A stretch of 64,000 nt of DNA from a virus. Taxonomy: Duplodnaviria; Heunggongvirae; Uroviricota; Caudoviricetes. Every line of letters starts with the position of its first letter. Position 1 is the stretch's first letter. Of this stretch, positions 54,414-64,000 are shown piece after piece. The stretch spans positions 1-64,000 of the IMG/VR virus record IMGVR_UViG_2721755710_000007; one strand, 5' to 3'. Made by a program: the position numbers and the translations under genes. The notes under the pieces were generated by a model, which saw nothing but the letters and a program-made list of their open reading frames with translations, searched no databases and was not told where the DNA came from.

Positions 54414-55274
54414 TTATTCTGGGAGTTTCAGCTTTGGATTGCGAGAATGGACGATTACAAAACTTTCCCGGCCTTTCTTCTCAATTGAACAGTCGAGATA
54501 GCCGATTGTTTTAAGCTGTTCTATCGCTTTCTTAATGATACGGTTTTGCTCGCCAACAGCTGACTGCAAAGCCAGGCGCTCACGGATTCGGGCGAAAGAT
54601 AGCGGCAACGGATTCTGCGGAAGGCTTTCGATGAAAGTGTAAATGGCTTGTGCAGCTTCTTTCTTCGGAAGGGCACGCAAGGCGTGGTGTTGCAACAGAA
54701 CGCGATAATCAAGCTGGAACAGCTCCCACAGCTTCGAATCAGCCTCCAGCTCTATCAGATCAAGGTCAGCATCAAAACGACCGACCTTTAGCAGACCAGT
54801 CTGATAGCCGCCTTTAGCATCTTTTCCGCGCTTAAAAGCGATACCCTTGTTACGTAAGCGTCCAAGTGATTCATGAATGGTTAAACGCAGTTTCGCATCC
54901 AGACGTTTTGAGGGGAAACCACAGGCTTTAGCGAATTCCTGAAACGATAACTGGATGGTGTTTGAGGACAAGCCGTATTTGCTGAACGCGTAGATGACAC
55001 CGATCCACGTTTTGAAATCAGTATCCATATCGAGTCGAGGACCGGTGATTTTAATATCATCGTAACCCTCGGCTTTAGCTATCTCCAGCTGGGAAAACGC
55101 TTTGGTGGCATCAATCTCTTTACTTTCTCCTTTGCTCTTTGATGGCTTCGGCACGAATACCCCCAAGCGCATCAACGCTACAGGCTGCACAGTGTTGTTT
55201 GAATTAACTGTTAGTTCTTTTGCCTTACTTTCAATGTCTGCGTAAAGAATATCGGAGATAAATGATTGATTCAT
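54414..55274 (-). CDS. repA: RepA plasmid replication initiator (286 aa)
   Basis: 286-aa ORF flanked by iteron arrays; resembles P1 RepA. Confidence 0.9.
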   Translation of the reverse strand: MNQSFISDILYADIESKAKELTVNSNNTVQPVALMRLGVFVPKPSKSKGESKEIDATKAFSQLEIAKAEGYDDIKITGPRLDMDTDFKTWIGVIYAFSKYGLSSNTIQLSFQEFAKACGFPSKRLDAKLRLTIHESLGRLRNKGIAFKRGKDAKGGYQTGLLKVGRFDADLDLIELEADSKLWELFQLDYRVLLQHHALRALPKKEAAQAIYTFIESLPQNPLPLSFARIRERLALQSAVGEQNRIIKKAIEQLKTIGYLDCSIEKKGRESFVIVHSRNPKLKLPE

Positions 55275-55331
55275 ATTACTTTTTCCGAATTATGTAGATA
55301 GTTTTTATAAGTGATGATAACTACCCAGGCT

Positions 55332-55560
55332 TTCCCGTCAGCACACATCCTATATCCCGCCAGCACACATTAGCAACCCGTCAGCACACATTTTTATCCC
55401 GCCAGCACACATCGTTTTCCCGCCAGCACACATCGCGATACACTTCTAGGCCAGACGTGGCGCGGCCTGCAACGATCAGGGATCTATATGGATCTAATTG
55501 GGATCTGTATGGACCTAATTATTGGATCTATCCAGTGGATAATGTGGATAAGTGAAAAAC
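55332..55560. repeat. incC iterons and oriR (plasmid replication origin)
   Basis: Five iterons (cc[cg]tcagcacacat), then five GATC-containing heptamers and DnaA boxes (tgtggataa). Confidence 0.85.
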
Positions 55561-55592
55561 CGGCCAACAAAGCCGGTTGGAAGGAAGCTGTA

Positions 55593-55985
55593 TTATTCTA
55601 TGCTTTCGATGAGAAGACCATGTTCATAACATTTAAGCTCATCGCCTTCGTACAGGAATTGGTATCCAATACCACCATCTTCATGGACATTAGGGAATAA
55701 CTCATAACTCACTGAAGAGCAAATCACACCAATACAGCGATCAACGCCTTCTCGTTCTTCAGTGCTGAAAAAATCCTCTTCGGTAAGAACATGAGTACAT
55801 TGCTCATCAGCATAGGTCGGAAATACATGCTCAATGCAATCCGGGTGTTTTAAACCAAGCTGATCGGCAAGCTCGAAAGCACGACGGTATTGTTCAGATC
55901 CTGGCTTGCCAACAGTGATTTGCTCAATTTTGTAGATTGAAGTCGCTTTGTTGATAGTTTGCTTTACTGTTACTTTATCAGACAT
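55593..55985 (-). CDS. hypothetical protein (130 aa)
   Basis: ORF downstream of the spanin-like pair. Confidence 0.4.
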   Translation of the reverse strand: MSDKVTVKQTINKATSIYKIEQITVGKPGSEQYRRAFELADQLGLKHPDCIEHVFPTYADEQCTHVLTEEDFFSTEEREGVDRCIGVICSSVSYELFPNVHEDGGIGYQFLYEGDELKCYEHGLLIESIE

Positions 55986-55996
55986 AAAAATCCCTT

Positions 55997-56329
55997 TTAG
56001 TTACCGCTAATAGCTCGGTTGTAATCATTAACGTTGCGATTCTTCCTGTTAATCCCCATCAGCATCGTTTCTGTATCGAGGATATACGCTGGCAGATCAT
56101 CAAAATATTCACTGCTAAACTCTGGCATCCTGCACATAAATGCACTTTTTGGGTCAGGGTGGTTAACCTTTGTCGGCGTCGGCGTTAAATTCGCTGATCG
56201 ACTCCCGGAGCAACCGCTGAGTGTCAGCAGGAATACGCTGGCGAACATTACCCGCCGCAACCAGTTGTTTCTGAACTTCAGCTTTTCGTTCCATTTGCCT
56301 GTCAGCATATTTGGCTTGTTCTGATTCAT
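55997..56329 (-). CDS. candidate outer-membrane spanin (Rz1-like lipoprotein, 110 aa)
   Basis: Lipobox LSGC, Pro-rich (TPTPTKVNHPDP); overlaps the upstream gene out of frame. Confidence 0.5.
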   Translation of the reverse strand: MNQNKPNMLTGKWNEKLKFRNNWLRRVMFASVFLLTLSGCSGSRSANLTPTPTKVNHPDPKSAFMCRMPEFSSEYFDDLPAYILDTETMLMGINRKNRNVNDYNRAISGN

Positions 56330-56612
56330 TTTTCACTTCCTGGCTGTGAAAATGTTGCTCTGCTTTGTTCATCGTCTCAATGGTCTGGTTAAGATCCATT
56401 ATTGACTTATCACGTTCCTTAACAGCCTGATCAAGACTGCCAATTTTCTCCATGGCTTGCTTTAGCTGATGACGTTCCCATGCAAACCCAGCACCAACAA
56501 GTGCGCAAATCAGAACAAGAACACCAGTAGCAGCAAGTTTCTCCTTCAAAGACAAAGCTGTTTTTAACGTAGAAAAGAATGACATGTCTTCCTCCTGAAG
56601 AAAAATTATCAA
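56163..56612 (-). CDS. candidate inner-membrane spanin (Rz-like, 149 aa)
   Basis: N-terminal transmembrane helix then coiled coil; 167-bp overlap with the lipoprotein gene. Confidence 0.5.
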   Translation of the reverse strand: MIIFLQEEDMSFFSTLKTALSLKEKLAATGVLVLICALVGAGFAWERHQLKQAMEKIGSLDQAVKERDKSIMDLNQTIETMNKAEQHFHSQEVKNESEQAKYADRQMERKAEVQKQLVAAGNVRQRIPADTQRLLRESISEFNADADKG

Positions 56613-56624
56613 TGAAGTCCTTTG

Positions 56625-57413
56625 TTACTGTGCCGCTTTGTTTAATTCATCAAGAACTGAATCAGGAACCAAAGCGGCAACTGCGCTGGCTGTGCTGGCC
56701 TTATTTGCTGATGCTTCCGCAAGCGCGGTACCGATAGCATGGTTATAAGCAGTTATGGCTACGTTGGCGCTTTCATTCGCTCGTTCATACTGCTGTTGTA
56801 ACGCAGTTGTGGGCGCTGTTGTCTGGTTGAAAACAACCCCAAACTGTTCAGTTGCTACTTTCAGAGATTCAATTTGCTCTTCTGTTAGTGCTGGTGGGGG
56901 AGTGGCAGTGCCGCCGCCTGAACCAGAGCCTGACGAGCTTCCTGAGCCAGTGTTAAGGGTCTGGTTAATCTCCCCCATAGCAGCGACTAAACTTGATGTA
57001 TTAAGCGCGTTAACAGCGTCCTCAAGCGATTTAGTAATATTCACATTACCAATGGCAATAGAGATCGGCAGTTCTGAAACTTCTCGCTCATTAGCACGGC
57101 AGTAAACATCCCAACCAATATCGAGTTGAAGCAGCATTGACAGATCTGCATAACCAGCCAACAGGTCCGCGTGCTTAGTTGCCAGTTCTCCAATGTTCGT
57201 TAAGCCGGTTGTGGTTGTTCTGATCGTTGAAACATAGCTGGTAATAGTGTCGGGATAGACAATGGTATCCAGAATTAATCCGGTCAATTCTTCTGCAAGC
57301 AGTTTTGCTGTGTTAGCACTGTTTCGTGCCGATGTTATGGCACCAGGTGTTTTCATCCCACCGGCGGCGGCCAATTTTTTATATGCGGATAACTGGTAGT
57401 CTTTTTCCAGCAT
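56625..57413 (-). CDS. hypothetical protein (about 262 aa from internal Met; ORF-track entry extends to 57470)
   Basis: Ser/Gly/Thr-rich linker; no clear motif. Confidence 0.4.
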   Translation of the reverse strand: MLEKDYQLSAYKKLAAAGGMKTPGAITSARNSANTAKLLAEELTGLILDTIVYPDTITSYVSTIRTTTTGLTNIGELATKHADLLAGYADLSMLLQLDIGWDVYCRANEREVSELPISIAIGNVNITKSLEDAVNALNTSSLVAAMGEINQTLNTGSGSSSGSGSGGGTATPPPALTEEQIESLKVATEQFGVVFNQTTAPTTALQQQYERANESANVAITAYNHAIGTALAEASANKASTASAVAALVPDSVLDELNKAAQ

Positions 57414-57421
57414 GATATCTC

Positions 57422-57706
57422 CTAACTTACCTGAACCAGGCCGTCTCCGGACGCTACGGTAGATCCGCATGAAACAGGGTCACCAACGCATACGATCCCT
57501 TTACCATTGACGGTAAACCATGCCCTGGTTGATATAGCTTGCCCACCGTGCGTACTGTTTCCATCGGTATGCTGTGCATATTGCTTACCATCAACTAACA
57601 CTTCGACTCCGTTGACTTTAAGTAGTGGTTCACTCTCTACAGGAGGCCTGGATGGGAATCCTCCGTGCCCCGAACAAATGCTGTCTTTTGTTGCAATACT
57701 TGCCAC
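57422..57706 (-). CDS. PAAR-like small protein (94 aa)
   Basis: Gly/Cys/His pattern (CSGHGG, VNGKGIVCVGDPVSCG) reminiscent of PAAR spike-tip domains. Confidence 0.4.
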   Translation of the reverse strand: MASIATKDSICSGHGGFPSRPPVESEPLLKVNGVEVLVDGKQYAQHTDGNSTHGGQAISTRAWFTVNGKGIVCVGDPVSCGSTVASGDGLVQVS

Positions 57707-57787
57707 GCCATCACCAATTATTTGCTCTGATTTTCGTTATTTTAACTTAGGTTATTTGTGGTCTGTATGGCGTTTACTTATTACAAA

Positions 57788-57804
57788 ATTGCTCTAATAA
57801 ATAT
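57788..57804 (+). promoter_or_regulatory. C1 operator-like site
   Basis: attgctctaataaatat upstream of the rdgC-like/dmt operon. Confidence 0.5.
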
Positions 57805-57875
57805 TGTTTTTTATGTCGTATTTTCGGTACCATTCAGCCATCGCCCTTCAATGGGCATTTGTTTGGAGTCGTCAG

Positions 57876-58160
57876 ATGCAGATGGAGCTAATAAGCCGCA
57901 AAGAGTTCGATAGCCGTGTAACCAGCGGTGAACTCGACAACTTGCAGGCTATCAAGGTGAAAGAAGGCTTTTGCCTCATTGGGAATCAGAGCGGAACAAA
58001 TCGCGTTTTTATGCTTCGCCGTACGGATTTGAAGCCATTTGTCTGGAAGAACGAAATTGGTCCCAGCTCATACGCTCAAACGAGGGGGTGCCACAACCTG
58101 GCCTTTTTCTACAAAGACGAGCTTTCTGTGGTTGATATTCAAGGGTTACAACATGTTTAA
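57876..58160 (+). CDS. hypothetical protein upstream of the rdgC homologue (94 aa from internal Met)
   Basis: ORF between the operator-like site and the rdgC-like gene. Confidence 0.35.
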   Translation: MQMELISRKEFDSRVTSGELDNLQAIKVKEGFCLIGNQSGTNRVFMLRRTDLKPFVWKNEIGPSSYAQTRGCHNLAFFYKDELSVVDIQGLQHV

Positions 58161-59058
58161 GCACTGGAAAAACATTACTATTTATAAACTTTCTCGTGAG
58201 GCGGATCTGACCGACTTAGAAGATAAAAAGAAAATGATCCTTTTCACGCCATGCGGTAGTCAGGATATGGCCAAGTTCGGTTTTGTATCTCCATTTGGTG
58301 ATAATTCCGAAGTTATCGCTATGCATGGAAATGGTTTTATCCTTGTTGAAGCAAAGCGCGAAACAAAAATTCTTCCCCCGCCGGTTATCCAGCGAGCTAT
58401 TCAAGAAAAAATTGAAAAACTTGAGCAAGAACAAGCGTGTAAACTGAAGAAAACAGAGAAGGACTCCCTGAAAGACGAAGTTCTGCATTCTCTTCTGCCA
58501 CGGGCTTTTTCAAAGTTTTCTGTTATCCAGGCGATCTACGACGGTTCAACTAAACGTATCTATATCAATGCCAGCGCGCGGCAGGCAGAGGATATGCTCG
58601 CGCTTATGCGTAAGTCTCTGGGTTCTCTTCCTGTTGTTCCCCTGAGTGTTGAAAATCCCATTGAATTAACGCTGACCGACTGGGTACGTGATGGTAGTGC
58701 TCCACAGGGATTTCAAATGGGGGATGCGGCAGAACTTAAGGCAGTGCTTGAGGATGGCGGTATTGCCCGAGTGAAAAAGCAGGATTTGGGAAGCGATGAA
58801 ATTTCCACACACCTGGAAGCTGGCAAGCTCGTCACTAAGTTGGCACTCGACTGGCAGAACCGCATTAAATTTACACTGGACCATAACTTCAGCCTTACCA
58901 GCGTCAAATTTGCGGATGAATTGCTTGAGCAGAACTCTGATATTGATAGTGAAGATGTAGCGCAGCGACTGGACGCAGATTTCTTCCTGTTGACCAGTGA
59001 AATTTCGTGCCTGGTTGATGCTCTGGTAAATGCCCTTGGTGGAGAGGCTAAGCAGTGA
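58153..59058 (+). CDS. hrdC: RdgC-family recombination-associated protein (302 aa)
   Basis: Strong resemblance to E. coli RdgC ([11 protein letters not shown]...[23 protein letters not shown]...SLPVVPL); start at the Met at 58153. Confidence 0.85.
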   Translation: MFKHWKNITIYKLSREADLTDLEDKKKMILFTPCGSQDMAKFGFVSPFGDNSEVIAMHGNGFILVEAKRETKILPPPVIQRAIQEKIEKLEQEQACKLKKTEKDSLKDEVLHSLLPRAFSKFSVIQAIYDGSTKRIYINASARQAEDMLALMRKSLGSLPVVPLSVENPIELTLTDWVRDGSAPQGFQMGDAAELKAVLEDGGIARVKKQDLGSDEISTHLEAGKLVTKLALDWQNRIKFTLDHNFSLTSVKFADELLEQNSDIDSEDVAQRLDADFFLLTSEISCLVDALVNALGGEAKQ

Positions 59059-62000
59059 AAGAGCTGTGCTATGGATCTGTTTGCAGTGGAATTGAAGCCG
59101 CGAGTATTGCCTGGGAACCGTTGGGTATGCGTCCGGTTTGGTTTGCTGAAATCGAGCCTTTTCCATCGGCCGTTCTTGCGCTCCGCTGGCCCCATGTCGC
59201 CAACCTTGGCGACATGACAAAACTTGCCAAAAAAGTCTAGGCTGGGGAAATCGAATCCCCTGACGTGCTCGTCGGGGGAACACCATGTTTTACCGCGGGG
59301 CATATGGTTCTTTGTAAAAATGGTTATAAACCAATAGAAGATATTTGCCCTGGCGATTACGTAGTCAGTCATCTCGGGCGGTTACAACAAGTAAAAAGAG
59401 TTGGTTCAAAAATAGCTAATACGGGGTTACTTAATGCCGTTGGGCAGCCTTTAGGTATAAGAACAACCAATGACCATCCCTTCCTGGCGGTTCGGTGGAA
59501 AGCCCAAAACACCCGGAAAAATGGCACATATTTTAAGAGAGAGTTGTTGTCTGAACCGGAATGGCGAGCAGCATGTGATATGCCGGGATATCAATGGTGC
59601 GCTCTAACTAATTTCAATATTGCATCTCCAGATATTTGTTCTCGGTTCTTGTCTGAAGAACAGGCTATGTATCTTGCGGGCGCTTATGTTGGCGATGGAT
59701 ATATTAGGAGATGGAGAGGTAAATCTAAGAAGGCGGTTGTTTTTGGCATAAATTGCCAGAAATTGAGAAAGTTTCATTGCCGCATACCAGAAAACATATT
59801 TTCCGTGGCAAGCGAAATCCGAGGGAGCATCAAAGTAACCTTGAATGATACGTGTTATGCCAATTGGCTTAATGAACATTTTGGCGAGTTAAGCCATGCT
59901 AAGCGTATCCCTGCATGGGTGATGTCGCATCCATTGCGTCATGTGTTTTTACAAGGCTATCTTGATACTGATGGGACACCAAGTGGTAAAGCGGGATTTA
60001 GAATTAATAGTGTTAGTCCTGCGCTTGCTTGGGGCGTTGCGGGGTTGTCACAGACTTGTGGTTATGTTTCTTCGGTCAGCTTTATTGAAGTTGAGCCCAA
60101 AAAAGTGATCGAGGATCGCGTGGTAAATCAACGGAATTATTATCAGGTAACAATCTGCCCGCAGAAATTGTCACGTAAATCAAGATTGGCTCATGGAATG
60201 CTTTTACGAACAGTCAAAGAGTTTAAATCGGTAGGCCTAGATACTGTATACAACATAGAAGTCGAAGGTGATCATTCCTATATCCTCAATGGTGCGGTGG
60301 TCCATAACTGTCAGGCATTCAGTATCGCGGGATTACGTGGTGGGCTTGATGATGAGCGTGGCGCGCTAACTTTAAAGTATGTGGAGCTTGCAAATGCAAT
60401 TGACGACAAACGGGCTGAGTCATTTCTCAAACCAGCCGTTATCGTCTGGGAAAATGTCCCAGGAGTCTTGTCATCGGCAGATAACGCCTTCGGATGTTTC
60501 CTTGCCGGATTGGCTGGAGAAGATGCGCCATTTGAACCAGGTGATCGACCTGAATCAGGAAAAAGTAACGCGTTCTGGCGGTGGGATGGCAAAACCGGTT
60601 GCCATGCTCCAAAGTGGCCGCAGTGTGGTTGTATTTATGGGCCGCAGCGAAAGGTGGCCTGGAGAATCCTTGATGCCCAATACTTCGGAGTGGCACAACG
60701 ACGCCGACGCGTGTTTGTTGTCGCAAGTGCTCGAACAGACCTCGATCCCGCAACGGTACTTTTTGAGTTCGAAGGCGTGCGCCGGAATATTGCGCCGAGC
60801 CGAAAAAAGAAGGAAATCGCTTCCGCCATTACTGCAAATGGCGCTGCAATCAGTGGCGAAAGCCTAAATCCATGCCTACACGCTGGCATGTCCCCCGGTA
60901 TGAAATCGACGAAAGCCGTAAACGGTTTCAGGATGGCGGCATTTGGGGAATATATTGACGATGAAACCGCATCGACAGTAAAGGCAAGAGACTTTAAAGA
61001 TGCCACTGACCTTGCTGTTTTTAGCAGCACAGGAGCAGGTTTTTGGTCAGAAGGGCATGGTACATTGCGGGCTCGTGAGCAAGAAAGCCATGAGCATCTT
61101 GTTACATTGGCTTTTCCTGAGCGTATGAGCGGTACACAACATGCTGCAACTAAGAATACTTCACCATCTCTAATGGCTAAAAATCCAACAGCTGTTTGCT
61201 ATGAAGTAAGAAACGCAGAAGTAGCTGTCCGCCGTCTTACCCCTGTCGAATGTGAAAGGCTGCAAGGTTTTCCTGATGGGCATACGTTGATCCCGACGGA
61301 AAAGCGTAAAAAAGTTAATTCAGATGAACTGGCATATCTTCGCAATCACTATCCAGATTTAAGCGAAGAAGAGGCCGCGATGCTTGCAGCTGACGGACCG
61401 CGTTACAAAGCGATCGGCAATAGTATGGCAATACCAGTAATGCGCTGGATTGGCGATCGGATTACTAAGGCCGTATGTCGGCAGAAAGAAGGAAGTGAAA
61501 CAAAAGAGCGAAAAGTTAAACCAGCGGCAGAATTCGAACGGTCCATATTCAAATGGGCTGGTGGAAAATTTGGTGTTCTGGAACAAATCTTTCGCTATTT
61601 GCCAGAAGGGAAGCGCCTGATTGAACCTTTCGTCGGTGGTGGAGCTGTCTTCATGAATGCCGGATACCAGGAAAATCTGCTAAATGATGTGAATGCTGAC
61701 CTGATTAACTTTTACAAGACTCTGCAACGCGAGGCGCATTCACTTATCACTCTGGCTCATCGTTTCTTCTTGGACTACAACACCCAGGAGGGATTCCTGG
61801 CAGTACGGAATGCGTTTAACAAACAAGTCTATGATGATTTACATCGCGCAGCGGCGTTTTTGTTCCTGAACCGACATTGTTTTAACGGATTGACGCGTTA
61901 CAACCAGGCCGGTGAGTTCAATGTCGGTTATGGGAAGTATAAAACTCCGTATTTCCCATTACAGGAGATGGAAGCCTTCCTCGGTGCGGAAGGTCGTTCT

Positions 62001-62342
62001 GAGTTTGTATGTGGTGATTTTGCTGCGGTGATTGAAGCTGCCGGAGAAGGAGATGTCATTTTTTGCGATCCGCCATATGAACCGCTTCCAAATACAGAGG
62101 GATTCACGAACTATTCCGGTCATGACTTTAAGTTTGAAGAGCAACAACGCCTGGTGTCTCTGTTGACGGATGCTCATCGCCGAGGTGCAAAGGTTCTCAT
62201 TACTAACAGTGGCGCGCCAAACATCAGAGAGCTTTATCATGACAATGGTTTCAGAGTGGAACCTCTTTTTGCCAGACGTTCTGTGTCTTGTAAGGGGGAC
62301 ACTCGAGGTGTTGCTCATGACGTTTTAGGTATATTGCTCTAA
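59055..62342 (+). CDS. dmt: two-domain DNA methyltransferase Dmt (C5-cytosine N-terminal, Dam-like C-terminal), interrupted by an intein and an in-frame TAG
   Basis: C5 motif I ([10 protein letters not shown]), split PCQ motif (GGTPC / QAFSIAG), [15 protein letters not shown]; Dam motifs (KWAGGK, DPPY); GTG start overlapping the upstream stop. Confidence 0.75.
59286..60308 (+). other. intein with LAGLIDADG homing-endonuclease domain (341 aa) in dmt
   Basis: Starts [13 protein letters not shown] (block A), TNDHPF (block B), [11 protein letters not shown] and [11 protein letters not shown] (LAGLIDADG), ends ...[10 protein letters not shown], followed by extein Cys of PCQ. Confidence 0.75.
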
Positions 62343-62349
62343 TAAATTT
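62333..62349 (+). promoter_or_regulatory. C1 operator-like site
   Basis: attgctctaataaattt overlapping the dmt stop. Confidence 0.5.
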
Positions 62350-62526
62350 ATTAGTGTAATATCGCCTCAATGAATCGTGATTTATAGAGCGATTTAGCTG
62401 TTAGCCGCGACAGGCGCGGCGGCAAGTATGGCGGGGTAGTGACTCCTTCCCCATCATGACGCCGAGTTGCCAGGTTGACCATACGCCTAAGTGGCAACAC
62501 CGAAGTGCGTTACGAGCTTCCAGTTT

Positions 62527-62551
62527 GCCCATCTTCGGGTGGGCGTTTTTT
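62527..62551 (+). terminator. rho-independent terminator
   Basis: gcccatc-ttcg-ggtgggc hairpin followed by a T6 run. Confidence 0.6.
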
Positions 62552-63016
62552 CAGGGTTTTCGTCATGGTTAGCGACTTTGCGGCGGTTTAGAAACTGACC
62601 ATTAAAGTAAATGCAAACGATGATCTGATGATGGCAGCGGCCTAAGAAGCCTGATGCCACGGGGTATGAGTCGTCCCCCGTCAAAAAAATCGACCGCAGA
62701 GTGTCCCCGTCTGTGTATTAGGGAACGGGGAGGCACAACAGGTAAGGGCGCTGGTGTGATTAACCAGATGAACGAGAAGGGGCCATCTGTTGGTCAGCGT
62801 CCTTTCCTGTTGCGTCTTCTTTTCAGCGTAACAGCGGTGCTTAACAGCACTTTGGGTACAGTTCCACGAATTTACGGGTATATCCCGTCATGCTGAAAGC
62901 GCTAATCACGCTGGAAGCCAGGGTTATGCATCCCCTGTTACCGAATTGCAGCCAGGGCGCGGTGCGCCGAAAAGCATACGGAGGTGGAAGCCCTCGCCGG
63001 AGACGTACCCGGCAAG

Positions 63017-63089
63017 TGATGGTGTAGCTCAGCGGTTAGAGCGGTTGACTGTTAATCAACGGGTCGATGGTTCAAATCCATCCACCATC
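63017..63089 (+). tRNA. tRNA-Asn (anticodon GTT)
   Basis: Cloverleaf folded by hand: acceptor GATGGTG/CACCATC, anticodon loop CTGTTAA, T-arm GATGG-TTCAAAT-CCATC, then CCA. Confidence 0.85.
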
Positions 63090-63094
63090 GCCAA

Positions 63095-63167
63095 TGCCGG
63101 TTTAGCTCAGTTGGTAGAGCGCCTGCTTTGTAAGCAGGATGTCAGCGGTTCGAGTCCGTTAATCGGC
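63095..63167 (+). tRNA. tRNA-Thr (anticodon TGT)
   Basis: Acceptor GCCGGTT/AATCGGC, anticodon stem-loop CCTGC-TTTGTAA-GCAGG, T-loop TTCGAGT, then CCA. Confidence 0.85.
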
Positions 63168-63171
63168 ACCA

Positions 63172-63260
63172 GCACAACAGGTAAGGGTATTTTGCGACGT
63201 CGGAGATCGCCGAGCTTGGCAGAGGGTTCGAATCCCTACGAAGTACCCTTACCGTTGTGA
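63172..63260 (+). ncRNA. tRNA-like structured element, not a canonical cloverleaf
   Basis: T-arm-like GAGGGTTCGAATCCCTA enclosed by a 16-bp inverted repeat; no canonical acceptor/anticodon arms could be folded. Confidence 0.3.
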
Positions 63261-63902
63261 GGAAGTGCAGCTCTTTGAAGCAACCAGAAGATAAGCATCT
63301 GGCTTCACAACATAAACCGCAGGAACGACCAATAAACGGTAGTCCGTATGGAGAACACCCCGTTGAGGAAGAGGCCTGGCCGGAACCGTAACCGGCACTA
63401 CAACGTTGAGAACACTGGCGTAACGGGGTCATATCCCAATCTACGAATAAATGTTGCGTTGCAGCGTGACAACCAGTGTTCTCAACATTGTGGTGAATGC
63501 ACAGGCTGATGTGCCGCAACTACAGTAGTGCGCGCTTTGCGGGGCTTGCTACAACCCTGTGTCGGAGTTCAGCACCGACCATCACAGTTTGATTCTCTGG
63601 CATGAGCATAACGCTGAAATAAGTCCAGTCTGGTGCGGCCCGATCACCCGCCGTTAGCTCCACGAAACGGAGCACGTAACAGGTAAGAGCATTCTCCTGT
63701 AACGGGTTCATATCCCAATCTACAGGTCCACCAGGAATGCTCTTTCCGTTGCGGTGAATGCGGCTAAGCGCACGCGGAACAGTTAAAACAATCCTCCTTA
63801 ATGGTTAAACATTCCGGCGTTAATTGTTAACTGGTTAACGTCACCGGGAGGCACTCGGCACCGCAATCTAATAAATATGTCACTTTTATTGAGGGATAAC
63901 CA

Positions 63903-64000
63903 ATGTTCGGTAAATTGTTCGGCAAGAAAGTCGCTTCTGCAAAAGTAGAGCTGAAAAAAGTTGAGAATCGCGATCTGATGGAGGCCATCATCGGTGGCTG
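63903..64000 (+). CDS. partial ORF of unknown function running off the window
   Basis: ATG at 63903 with upstream purine-rich ribosome-binding site; only 32 codons visible. Confidence 0.3.
   Translation, partial: MFGKLFGKKVASAKVELKKVENRDLMEAIIGG

Noticed and set aside
54130-55440. Direct repeats flanking repA considered as CRISPR or a novel repeat family
   Set aside because: They are the 19-bp iterons of a P1-type replicon (incA and incC) flanking repA and oriR.
62946-63260. 104-aa ORF on the plus strand
   Set aside because: It overlaps two hand-folded tRNA genes and the tRNA-like element; spurious.

Overview
This window reads as part of a P1-like phage-plasmid from an enterobacterial host, heavily rearranged by insertion sequences and carrying accessory cargo. 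All calls are from reading the sequence and ORF track by eye; no searches were run. P1 backbone landmarks seen directly: loxP (15728-15761) with cre, C1 repressor and coi, phd-doc, the pac site with pacB, ref, the c4/icd/ant immunity region, kilA, repL, parA-parB, repA flanked by incA/incC iterons and oriR, an rdgC homologue followed by a two-domain methyltransferase (dmt), two tRNAs (Asn, Thr), and about eleven C1-operator-like sites (ATTGCTCTAATAAATTT). Non-backbone content: three identical IS1 copies, one IS2, an IS5-family remnant cut by IS1, a Type I restriction-modification operon with a single-domain HsdS, a RelE/StbE-type toxin-antitoxin pair, a hok/mok-like locus, an EAL-domain gene beside a disrupted AraC-family regulator, a large autotransporter, and a MazG-like gene. 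The most unusual observations are (1) a 341-aa intein with a LAGLIDADG endonuclease inserted at the catalytic Cys of the C5-methyltransferase domain of dmt, plus an in-frame amber codon upstream; (2) a module bracketed by two same-orientation IS1 copies, with two unknown genes, a divergent third gene and four tandem palindromic repeat units between them; (3) pacA reduced to about 180 codons and frameshifted while the pac site is kept; (4) an IS1 junction truncating a structural gene, with much of the expected P1 morphogenetic block apparently absent, suggesting a defective element. Functions of unrecognised genes are left as hypothetical.
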